Of a stretch of DNA of 64,000 nucleotides, positions 25,900-36,400 are shown piece after piece. Under the pieces are notes generated by a model, which worked only from the letters and a program-made list of their open reading frames with translations, searched no databases and was not told the DNA's origin. The DNA is from Anthoceros angustus (taxonomy: Eukaryota > Plantae > Anthocerotophyta), in assembly GCA_010909165.1 (NCBI GenBank), contig MU008188.1:62001-126000 (forward strand), in the 5' to 3' direction. The position numbers and the translations under genes are program-made. How positions within the stretch are numbered: position 1 is the first letter of the stretch; each line of letters opens with the position of its first letter.

Positions 25900-26705
25900 A
25901 GACTTGTGAGGACCGGTGGGAATTGCACGGCGGGCCAGTCGCCGCTGCAAGAGCGCAGCCTCCGAGTCTCGTAGTCTCGGAAGAGGGAGAGCCCGCATCG
26001 CTGGATCATCCGAACATTGGCACGCCGCAAGTGGAAGATCGGACTGAGCCGGACCACGAGCATGTGTTGGGGGTGACGAGGTACAAGCTAAAGTTTCATT
26101 CAAACCAAGATCATCCGATTTATCTTGGTGGTACACCGCTTGGTCTGATGCAAACACATTTGATGTCTTCTTTGAGTGACGCTTTGTACAAAGAGTCATG
26201 GTGGATTTGTGGGCGGAGACAATCTACTAATACGTGCTTGAACCTCTTGGGGTGTGTCTAACAACGCGGTACATAATGGAGGATTTGAGGAGGAGGAAGA
26301 CAAGCTAGGGTTGCAACTACCCTCAGAGGAGGTTCTTCAAGTCAGCCGGACGGAGCTGGTGACTACAGCAATGAGCCGTGCAAAAGTTGTGGAGGATGGT
26401 GCAAGAGGACCAGTGTTCTATGAGCCGGAGAACTGCTGTAAGTTCTTGTCTAGGGTTGAGCCTGTTTGTGACCTAAACACCCAAGTGATCACATGGCGAC
26501 CTCGGGAAGACAACATAGTGCTGGTGGAATTCTTTGGAGGTATCAGTACCGGCTTGAAAGCAGTACTGAAATGTGGCATCAAAGTACAAAGATAAGTGCA
26601 TTGTGACCGGATGCGAAAGCGAGTTGTGTCACTTTGAAGCGTAAAGGACTTGATGGGGGAGTACCCTAACCTCATGACGTGGGAGTCAGTGAAGGGTTAC
26701 CAGAA
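25900..26705 (+). mobile_element. Gypsy pol fragment: protease C-terminus, linker and C5 DNA-methyltransferase motif I relic
   Basis: EHVLGVTRYKLK and (shifted frame) DANTFDVFF..VDLWAETIY resemble the protease C-terminus. Then IVLVEFFGGISTGLKAVLKCGIKVQR*VHCD (26515-26606), resembling DNMT motif I and the adjacent strand. Truncated by a Copia LTR at 26706. Confidence 0.7.
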
Positions 26706-26974
26706 TGATGAAATATATGTAGTTTAGGGCACTATTTATTAGGGCACCTTTACTTAAACATTAGTTTCCATCTAGGGCTTTAAGTAGTTATTTAATTAGT
26801 TGCTCTAGGTAGTTAGTTGTTATATTAGTTGCAACTACCTAGTGGTTACAACAACTTATGGTTGTAACCACTTAACCACCTAACCACCTAGCCTATATAA
26901 AGGCTTGCACTCTTTACTTTCTTAATTCAATTGTATTGTAGCACTTTGTGCCTAAGAGCTATTGATTCTCATCA
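26706..26974 (+). repeat. 5' LTR of a Ty1/Copia element
   Basis: TGATGA...TCATCA inverted termini, AT-rich, TATATAAA at 26894-26901. Followed directly by the PBS. Confidence 0.85.
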
Positions 26975-26986
26975 TGGTATCAGAGC
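26975..26986 (+). promoter_or_regulatory. Primer binding site, tRNA-iMet type
   Basis: TGGTATCAGAGC immediately after the LTR-terminal CA. Confidence 0.9.
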
Positions 26987-27998
26987 AAGCAGCTCTCTAT
27001 GCTTGAGCTCTACACTCCCTTCTGCCCAATGCTACTCTAGCTTCCTTCTATTGCTAATTATGCATCGTGGAGACTTCATTCTGGGCAGCAATCGAGTGTA
27101 GCATCAAGTGTTCTAAGGATGCACAATTTGTGCATCCATCTCTGCTTCTCAATGGATTCTCTCAATCCTAGCGAACATGGAAGAAGGTGGAAAGTTAAGA
27201 CACAGAGAAGGAGGAGGCAACAACAAAACTTCATAGAAGTATCATCAGAGGAATTTGATACTTACTCCCCTATTGAATATGATATGCTTGAAGTCCATGT
27301 TGGTAACCTTATATTTGCTCCTCTCTGAGTCTGAACACGAAGCAAAGTCCATCTCCCTAGCTAGAAGAACTTTGCTTTCAACATTTAGTCTTTATCAAAT
27401 AGGATGTATTGAGTCTGCAATTATTCAATTCATCAACAAAAAGACTACAAATTTCTTCCCAAATCCAGACAAACTACAGAAAACACTCAACTCCATTAGA
27501 TCAGAAGCTATTCAAATATATACTTCTACTGATGAGAGATTGGATTATCTTACCCAAGAGATACATTTAATCTCTACAGCTGTTGAGAAACTAACTGTTA
27601 AAGAAGTTGATACTTCTGACCTTTCTGTTTGGAGCAATACAAATACTTGCAAAAGAACAATGAAGAAATGCAGCACGTGCTCACGCGTCATTCCCAAAGT
27701 TATTAAGAGAACTCACACAAGAAGCGATCCAAATTATCTTCATTGATATTGAACATCACCGCAATGTTTGAGCAAGTGGTAAGACGGTTACAAATTCGCA
27801 GACGAGATAAACTTAAAAATGGCTTGTCAAGAAAGAGCCAAATGGGAAGAAGAGGAAAAGAAAGACTGACTGCACATACAAGCGTGGTTCATGGAGAAGG
27901 CTTCAAGGAGAAAGATAGATTCAATGGAAAAGGATATGACGTTTGGCAAATACGTGCCAAAGGAGTACTGCGACAACGTGACTTATGGGATAAACATT

Positions 27999-30558
27999 AT
28001 AATTTTTGAAGGGGGTGAATAATCTCAAAGGGGGTTTTCCGTAAATAATCTCTGAAGGGGGTTTTTGATGGGCCCTAAAACAACGTTCTTAAGGCATTCC
28101 GGAAAACATCTCCAAAAAAAAGGGTGTCACCCACTAAAGTTCCTACTTTCCATCCAGCAATGTTTCTATCGAATGGTGGTTGCAAACTCGAACCTATGGG
28201 ATTAATGCAAAGTAGGAACAGTAAGGAAGGTCGTTCCTGCCGGGAAGGGACGACCGTAAATTCAGTTTTGGGAGGAAAATGTGGTTTAGTAAGGACACAA
28301 CAAAAGCCACGGACAGGGTATTTCCAAAACACAATAACATTTGGAACCGGATGTTCAATATTCACTCACGGGACCCGGGACAAACGTGATTTCGATTTCA
28401 CTCATCACGAGTTCAATCCTTCGTCATCACTTGGTCCGACTTCTCCGGCATTGTCATCACTATCTTGACACTTTGACTGCAGTTGTATGAAGCGCAACTT
28501 GAGCTTATCCCTTATCGCTTTTTGTCCACGCATACACATGTTTCGTTCAACACAAACCCATGTCTGAGGATGGTTGTTTCATTCACAAACACCTCCTGTA
28601 TGTTTTTAGTAATGGACCTTATTCCCTTTTTCCTCGGCATCGGACCGGATGGGTTGGCACTCGACGGACTATGTATTCTACATATCTCCTTCATGCGCAT
28701 CATGTGCTCGGTCGATACGATAAGAAAGTGAGGTCGTGGTGCATCTAGCAGCGTCAATGACTCTCCCAATCCGAGAATGGCACATTATGTGTCCATAGTG
28801 CACGCGCGAAACATCCCCTTCAAGATTTCCATTATGTCCCCATTCATCGCGCCATTCCACTGTTGCCTTCGGCATTTTGATATGCCCCAAGTACATATCA
28901 CTGGGAGGTCCTCAATAATGCCTCATCTAGCAAAGCTTCATCAGCACTTGAAGTGGTCGGTGTATGATCCATACGCGTGAAAACCACTTCCAAGGGCGTA
29001 GCACTAGCCCAATGTTATTCTCCACAATGATAGCAATCTCCTTCCGGTCCACCCAAAAGGCTTCCACCACTTGTACTCTTCGGCGATCACCTATGGACGC
29101 AAATCTTTAACCCTTCCGCAAATGGGCCACACCTTCCATCGGTGATAGGATACACTTTCCTTCTTGTCCCCCTAGCTTCACCCGCATGCACCGTAGGATG
29201 GTGCTAAGGGGAGGCAGGCGCCCTCCCCAGACCTGCTCATGGCAGGCCGGGACGCCCTACCATGCCCATGGGGCCGGCGGCGCGCCCTACCATGCCCATG
29301 GGCCGCGGCCCCCAACACACCACTGCCACGCCCATGGGCGCCGGGCGCCTCCCTAGCACACCACCATGGGCGGCCGGCCGTGCCTCCCCTAACAGCCCAT
29401 GGGCGCCGGCGCCCTCCCACCACCACCTTGGGGCCGGTGCCTCCTAGCACACCCCCGTGGGGCGGCAGACCCCACCCCCACCGCCACCCGCCCCGCCACA
29501 CCGGCCGGGCGCCCTCCCCTAGCACACCCTGCCCTACCCATGGATGGGCGCGCTCATTGTCTTTAAGAAGATAAATATTGAGCGGCTCAACAATATTCAA
29601 CTTGGGACTCAAATGGCTTAGTCAAATGGACACACATGGTAAGAAGTATAGTTGGTACACTACAAGCGGGATGATTACCTAGAGAGGAATGCCTCACGTT
29701 GCACTAGTTTACTCCATGGAGCAAGTTTTATTAATGTGTCCTTAGTGGACTTCAAATAATTTGTTTGTTTGTTTGTTTGTTGGTCAGTGTTTGGGAAAAA
29801 AGTGTAGTAATGAGTAGGTCTCGTGTTCAAACCCATCTAACATTTGTTGATTTTAAGGATGCTTGCATGGGCGCATGGGCAACTAACTTTGTTCATTTTA
29901 AGGACGGCATTGCCTTAAAGCCCAAGTGGTTGCATTGAGTGCGAGAAGGTTGAAGACCACGGTTGGCGACCTTTTGGATGAGGTCGGACCCTAGATCTTT
30001 GTGTGGCGATCGGCGGATGGACGCTAGGCCCAAGAATGGTACTATTGAAGGCGAGCAAGCAATGGAGGAGAGCGACAACTTTGAGGCGGAGGATATGGAC
30101 CGCCTCGAATATGGCGGTGGTACTTGACTCGATTTGGCGCAAGGCATGGATGAGTCGCCAGCCGCACTCTTGAATGACTATTCGATCTTGATGACCACTT
30201 CCTCCTTTAGCGGTTGTTTGTTGCAATGTTCTCACGACCATTGAAATGAGACTCCGCTACTATAGGATTGTTTTCATTGTGTTCCACCACTTGAAAGTAA
30301 AAGTTTTTGGTTGTAATAAACATATGAAAATGGCAGCCTCTATGCATTCTACAAAAATGCGGGGGCCCACACCTAATGTGCTCCAGTTCTCGGGTGTAGA
30401 CTTGAAAGTGCGTCTTTTATCAAAGGTATGACCTCAGAAAGGGTGTGCGCATTATCAAAGTAGGGCAGATATGCTGTTACAGGAAGGGTGTACATCGTGA
30501 CAAAGGGGTGTTGTCTCGACCGAAGGAGGTTACTATATTCCCCCCCTTCAAAAATTAT
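27999..30558. mobile_element. TIR-bounded insertion (putative DNA transposon, superfamily unassigned)
   Basis: Inverted termini ATAATTTTTGAAGGGGG (27999-28015) and CCCCCTTCAAAAATTAT (30542-30558). Flanks CAT(T)/CAT(G). Removing it restores the Copia gag frame (DLWDKH|VDIVSHD). Confidence 0.8.
29245..29545. repeat. GC-rich diverged tandem repeat (CGCCCTACCATGCCCATGGGCCG-like units)
   Basis: CCCATGGG/CCATGGG cores recur several times with CCTAGCACACC sub-motifs. Sharp GC contrast with the flanks. Confidence 0.6.
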
Positions 30559-32863
30559 CATGTTGATATTGTTAGCCATGATATTGATCGTCCCCTCTGG
30601 AATCAGGACTCTAAAGCAAAATGGGACATCAAGGATCAGAAGGCTCAAGATATCATCATAAGTGGACTTATCAATCAATGGTTAGACAAGTCTCAAGCAT
30701 ATACCTCCAAGGAAATGTGGGACCGTCTTGCTCAAATATATGCTTCAAATGATGTGATGAGCATATTGACGGCCACCCGAAATTTCTAGAATCTCAAGAT
30801 GAGAGAAAACGATTCCATTGAGAGCCATATTAGTACTTTTAGATTGGCTAAAAATAACCTTGAAGCAGCATCTGGCGAGAAAATCTCCGAAAAGAATGCA
30901 TTCATTAGTCTCTTATCCACTCTACCACCTTCCTATCGGGCGTTCGTGACAACATAAAATGCCGTCCTTCGTAATGCACAGAAGACAATGGCATCTGACG
31001 GTTCCTCAACGTTGGATATCGCAAATGAGCTCATAGGAGCCATAATACAGAGGACTCCGCCGCCACGACACTCGCTCCACGGCATAACAAGTGATGTTCC
31101 TTTGGAAGAGGCAGAGGTAGAGGCCGAGGCCGTGGCCAAGGCAGAAGACCCAATACCTCTCGCCCATATATCAACTTCCCTCATGGAGAATCTACATCTT
31201 CTTCAACGCCTGCAAAAGGTAAAAAGAAGATTGGAGTTATTTGTAATTGGTGTAGAATACCGAATCATATGGAGAAGGACTGCAACAAGAAGAAGAATGG
31301 CGAGCCTAGAAAGGAGGCCGCACCTGGAGCACATATTGCTGTGAAGAAACAATCTTCGTCAACACCATCAGCTCTCACTGTATGCTTGGCATCATCGAAG
31401 CCAACAAACCCATATTGGTACTTGGACAGTGGAGCTACATCACACATCTGTCACAACAGAAACTCTTTTGAGTCCTATTACCACAGGACACCATCGCCCC
31501 ATCGATGACCACAACCTCCCCATCTCTAGTGTCGTCGTTCCGTCGTTCTGTCGTTCTCAGATGTTCTTCAGGCCAAGTTCTCTCTCTCTCTCTCATGTCC
31601 TTCATGTACCATCCATGTGTAAAAACTTAGTGTTTGCTGCTAGCTTATGTTTAGAACATAGTATGCAAGTCATTTTAAACGCAGATAGTTGTCTTATCTC
31701 TTATCTTCCGAGTAAGTCACACACCATCTGCTCAGGCACTTTAGAGGACCGGTCATATAAACTGTGTGTCCAAGTGGGTTCCTTACATGATAGAATACAT
31801 GTAGCTTCCCAAAATTCTGCAACATCCTCCAACACCATACTTTGGCATTGCCGTTTACGTCATCCTAACAGCCAAAAACTCGTTCAAATGTCTAAGGGAA
31901 ATCTCTATAGAAGTCCTTCCCTTTCCATGATAGAACCACTATCCTGGTGTGAAGCCTATGTCGTAACCAAAAGACATCAAGCTCCCTTCTAAAATAACTC
32001 TCCACAGCAGGCTATATCACCCCTTCAGTTAGTTCACATAGACATTTGCGGCCCAGTTTCTGCACCATCCTTTAGTGGTTGTAAATATTTCCTTACTTTC
32101 ATTGATGATTTCTCCCGTTTCACCTCAACATATATCCTTAAACACAAAAGTGAAGCTTTTCAGTACTTTAAGGACTACATGATGTGGGCGGAGAGACTTA
32201 CAGATAAGAAACTCAAGACCCTCCGCTCCGACAATGGCGAAGTTTACTTCACATGCCTTTCCTGATTTTTGTCGAGCTCAAGGCATTGCTCAACAACTCA
32301 CAGTTGTATATACGCCACAGCAAAATGGGGTAGCAGAAAATAAGAACTTACGTCTTCAAGAGATCGCAGGTTGCTTGCTCTCCCAGGCCAAATTAACCAA
32401 ATCATATTGGGCAGAAGCAATGCTTACAGCAACGTATCTCATTAATCGAATGCCAACCTCTGCGGTTAAAGGTATGACACCTTATGAAGCATTCACTGGC
32501 AAAAAGCCTTCTATAGATCTTCGGATTTTTGGCTGTACCGCTTATGTTTTTATTCCTAAAGCACAGCGCAAGAAACTAGATGATAAGGCTGCCAAGTATA
32601 CTTTTATTGGCTACACTGAAGGCATTAAAGGATACAAATTATTTGATCTTGTTACCAAGAGACCAATATACTCTAGGAGCGTTACCTTTCATGAGTCTCC
32701 AATACTATCTCCTTCAGTGGATTCTCCTGTCTTCTTCCTGATGAGAATCATCTGCCTTCGTCTTTTGATGATGACTGTCGTGAAGCATGAAAAGTTTGGG
32801 ACTACCGGTGTCCCGAGTATGAGCTTGTCCCGGGGCAACTCCACCAATCTTAGCTGTGAGGAC

Positions 32864-33046
32864 TATGGGACTGCCTTGTCCCATAGCTGGGACAGTCCCG
32901 GCAGTCCCGGCTGTGGGACTGCCATGTCCCAAAGCTGGGACAGTCCCGGCAGTCCCGGCTGTGGGACTGCCTTGTCCCATGGCTGGGACTGTCCCGGCAG
33001 TCCTGGCTATGGGACTGCCATGTCCCATGGCTGGGACAGTCCTGGT
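32864..33046. repeat. Minisatellite, about 3.8 copies of a 48-bp unit rich in GGGAC/GTCCC palindromic motifs
   Basis: Units start at 32864, 32912, 32960 and 33008 (T[A/G]TGGGACTGCC[T/A]TGTCCCA..GCTGGGAC[A/T]GTCCCGGCAGTCC[C/T]GGC). Confidence 0.9.
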
Positions 33047-33694
33047 TGCAGCTCCCTTGCCTCCTGTTACCAGCCCACTTATCGTCCACTCCGATTCGGA
33101 TGTAGCTTTGAATGGGGCCAAAGTCGGCCCCAAGTATGAGTCCGCCACAAAGGGTCCCTTGCAAAGAACAAAATATGCCGAGAGCATCTGCCTCCTAAAG
33201 GGATCCGCAAGCAATGGCGGAATCACGAGATTTCTTGAAGATTTCTTGGCCAGCCTGGCTGGCCGAGCTAGAATCGAGCCTTGGCGCCTTGTAGGAAGCA
33301 CCGAGCAAAAACACATGATCTAATCGATCTTGGATTTCATTGCAAGGGTTCACAAAGTGCTTTCCTCCCTAACTGGCGCGCCGCACGATTTCAAGACTAC
33401 CCTCCGTTCCTTGCCCCACGGTCCTCATTCCCGCGCCATCATCTCCACGCCAGCTCGATTCCTGATGTTTGCGCCATGATGCGAAAGCAACCCTCACGCT
33501 TGGTGGTGCTCCTCCCACGTTGATCGTGCCTTGTTTGGGTTTGGGTCCGGTTTGGTTTCACACCTAAACTAAGTGGCTTTGTCTAGCCTACCTAGTTATC
33601 CGTTCATAACGGATCTATTTCCTATAACTAGTATTTAAAGGAAATGAATCCTTGGACTATGGGCCAATCAAAATAAAGGATATGTTTTCATGTC

Positions 33695-34377
33695 NNNNNN
33701 NNNNNNNNNNNNNNNNNNNNNNNNNNNNNNNNNNNNNNNNNNNNNNNNNNNNNNNNNNNNNNNNNNNNNNNNNNNNNNNNNNNNNNNNNNNNNNNNNNNN
33801 NNNNNNNNNNNNNNNNNNNNNNNNNNNNNNNNNNNNNNNNNNNNNNNNNNNNNNNNNNNNNNNNNNNNNNNNNNNNNNNNNNNNNNNNNNNNNNNNNNNN
33901 NNNNNNNNNNNNNNNNNNNNNNNNNNNNNNNNNNNNNNNNNNNNNNNNNNNNNNNNNNNNNNNNNNNNNNNNNNNNNNNNNNNNNNNNNNNNNNNNNNNN
34001 NNNNNNNNNNNNNNNNNNNNNNNNNNNNNNNNNNNNNNNNNNNNNNNNNNNNNNNNNNNNNNNNNNNNNNNNNNNNNNNNNNNNNNNNNNNNNNNNNNNN
34101 NNNNNNNNNNNNNNNNNNNNNNNNNNNNNNNNNNNNNNNNNNNNNNNNNNNNNNNNNNNNNNNNNNNNNNNNNNNNNNNNNNNNNNNNNNNNNNNNNNNN
34201 NNNNNNNNNNNNNNNNNNNNNNNNNNNNNNNNNNNNNNNNNNNNNNNNNNNNNNNNNNNNNNNNNNNNNNNNNNNNNNNNNNNNNNNNNNNNNNNNNNNN
34301 NNNNNNNNNNNNNNNNNNNNNNNNNNNNNNNNNNNNNNNNNNNNNNNNNNNNNNNNNNNNNNNNNNNNNNNNNNNNN
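33695..34377. other. Assembly gap (683 N)
   Basis: Run of N. ORFs spanning it are artefacts. Confidence 1.
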
Positions 34378-34485
34378 CGCAGATCGAAACATTCCGTTGA
34401 TCAGGACGCAGCTTCTTTCGCTGAACGATCTGCGGGAAATTAGGGGCACCGGATGACCGGCCCCACCCCTTGCAGGAGATAAATC

Positions 34486-34752
34486 ATGAAGCTCTATTTC
34501 CACCGCTGTCCGGCCACTCGCACCGTGCCCAGCTGTTCCTCTCGCTCCTCGGCACCCCCGAGATTGTCGAAGTCGATCTGGCCAAGGGCGAACACAAGTC
34601 CCGAATACCTGAAGCTCAATCGTTTCGGTCAGGTCCCGCTGCTCGATGACAATGGCACGCTGATCTCCGACTCGATCGCGATCATGATTTATCTGGCCAG
34701 GCTCGGCCGCACCGATTGGCTGCCCGAAGACGCCCTGGGCGCCGCGAATGTT
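34486..34752 (+). pseudogene. gst: Bacterial-type glutathione S-transferase N-terminal fragment (truncated, frameshifted)
   Basis: After restoring 1-bp losses: [87 protein letters not shown]. Shine-Dalgarno AGGAG at 34474-34478, no introns, strong G/C at third codon positions. Confidence 0.85.
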
Positions 34753-36400
34753 GGCGCACATCCCTTGCCAATGGAAATGTGGGAGGAGCAAACTGTAAGT
34801 ACGCTTGACTCCAAAATGGCCCATGTCATCGCGTGCACTCGACAAATCAGCTGCTCCCTATCAGTGGTGGCACCAATCGTTCCAGCCCATTGGTCAGCCT
34901 CCTCAGCAAATGCCCATCACGCCATTGATACTTGGAAGCTATAGAATTCTTTCTTGCTCAGCGTGCTCAATGGCTGATCCAAATTGTCCTGTTTGGACAA
35001 ATAGGAGAGTTTCGAGTCTTCCCAGATGTCCTTGGACCTCCTGTCCCCAAAGATATGTGCTCAATGCTAAGGACTGTCCCATACGGATTGTCCCATACGG
35101 ATCACCTGTGCTTGTCAAAGCCACCATCGCAGCCACCGACACATGCTGCAGATCTCCATCATCTTGGTCCTGTCTGTAGAACATCTTCGCAACTAGCACT
35201 GGGATTCCGAGAGAGTGTCCGCGTTTTGGTGTGTGACTCGGTGCACCACTTGAAATTCATAGTCCTGCAAGATCATGGCCCACCTTGCAAGCTTCCCACT
35301 CAACTTGGTGTTGGTCATCAGCCATTTGAGGGGCTGATGGTCGTGACCAGCGTGAAGGGCTTGCCATGGGGCCTAAATGACAAACCGCCCATACGGCTAG
35401 ACACTCCCTTGGTAGCTCAGAGTTGGCTTCAGCACGATTGTTGCTGCGCATACGCAACCACCCGCCTTTCCATCTTCATCTTGTTGGGCTAGCCTAGGCT
35501 AAGATGCTCCAACTGTATGTACCACAAACGGCTTGGAGAAGTTGTCCATGACAGAGCTTCCATCAAGCTCCAGCGCGTGTCGAAAGCTTGCTGGGTCTTC
35601 TCGTCCAGGCCCAAACAACATCCTTCCGCAGCAAGTCATTCAAGCTTGGCACCGGGTCAAGTCCCGAATGTATACTCGGTAATAGTTGCATAGGCCGAGG
35701 AAAGCTCGCAGGCGAGAGGTTGTGGGCTCGCACCTGCAAGATGGCCTGTACCTTGGCAGCATGAGGCATGACGCCGCCGTGCACCCTATGACCAAGGTAT
35801 GCCACGGTGTCCATGCCAAATTCACACTTGGCGGGTGACATGTCAATCGCCTTCGCAATCTCTTGAACAGATCTTCCAGGTGCACCAAATGAGACTCAAA
35901 GTCCTCGCTGTGGACCAGGACATCATCAATGTAGCACATGAGGTTCAACCTCGCAAGTACTATGTCCATTACGCTGGAAAGTCCCGCTGCTTCTTGAAGC
36001 CAAAGGGCATCACCAGCCATTCCCACAGCTATTGAGGGCCGTGGAAGGCTATCTTCTTGATGTACTCTTCAGCAACAAGCACTTGATTGAAGCCTTGACG
36101 CAGATCCAAAATCGAGAAGTAGGTAGACTTGCCAATGTTGTCGAAAATCTCCTCCGGCGTTGGCATGGGGTACCGATCCTGGGCTGTCACCGAGTTGATA
36201 GGACGGTAGTCTCCACATCCTCTTCTCCGCCCACATCCCGCTGCTGTCCTTCTTGGGAGGCATCGTGGCGCAAAGACATAGTCGAGCTAGAGGGCACGAG
36301 CCCCAAGCAACTCTTGACAGAAGAGGCTTGCAGATGTCTGGTAGGGGACGATCCCGAGGAGAGGAACACGGGAGATCACCCCCGCCCGCTACTGCAAGAG
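34753..36400 (-). mobile_element. Ty3/Gypsy pol fragment: RT-RNaseH-integrase zinc-finger
   Basis: MPPKKD..EKRM, DRYPMPTPEEIFDNIGKS, LVMPFGLK, CYIDDVLVHSEDFESHLVHLEDLFKRLR, RAFLGLCNYYR, KPFVVHT, YQGECLAVWAV and the integrase HH motif [23 protein letters not shown]. Confidence 0.9.

Larger units (their letters stand above)
26987..33250 (+). mobile_element. Ty1/Copia internal region (gag-protease-integrase), interrupted by a TIR insertion; RT/RNaseH and 3' LTR not seen
   Basis: KDRFNGKGYDVWQIRAKGVLRQRDLWD (gag N-term) resumes at 30559 with KWDIKDQKAQDII...TSKEMWDRL. CCHC knuckle CNWCRIPNHMEKDC at about 31250. Protease YWYLDSGATSHIC at about 31415. GAG-pre-integrase LWHCRLRHP. Integrase LVHIDICGP, FIDDFSR, YTPQQNGVAE, LRIFGCTAY to about 32700. 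Confidence 0.9.

Noticed and set aside
29658-29666. CACTACAAG resembling a CACTA terminus
   Set aside because: No matching CTTGTAGTG partner or 3-bp TSD found nearby.
33652-34845. Long ORFs (236-385 aa) spanning the N run, including an apparent integrase fusion at 33688-34845(-)
   Set aside because: They are open only because N codons lack stops. The fusion is integrase read into antisense GST.
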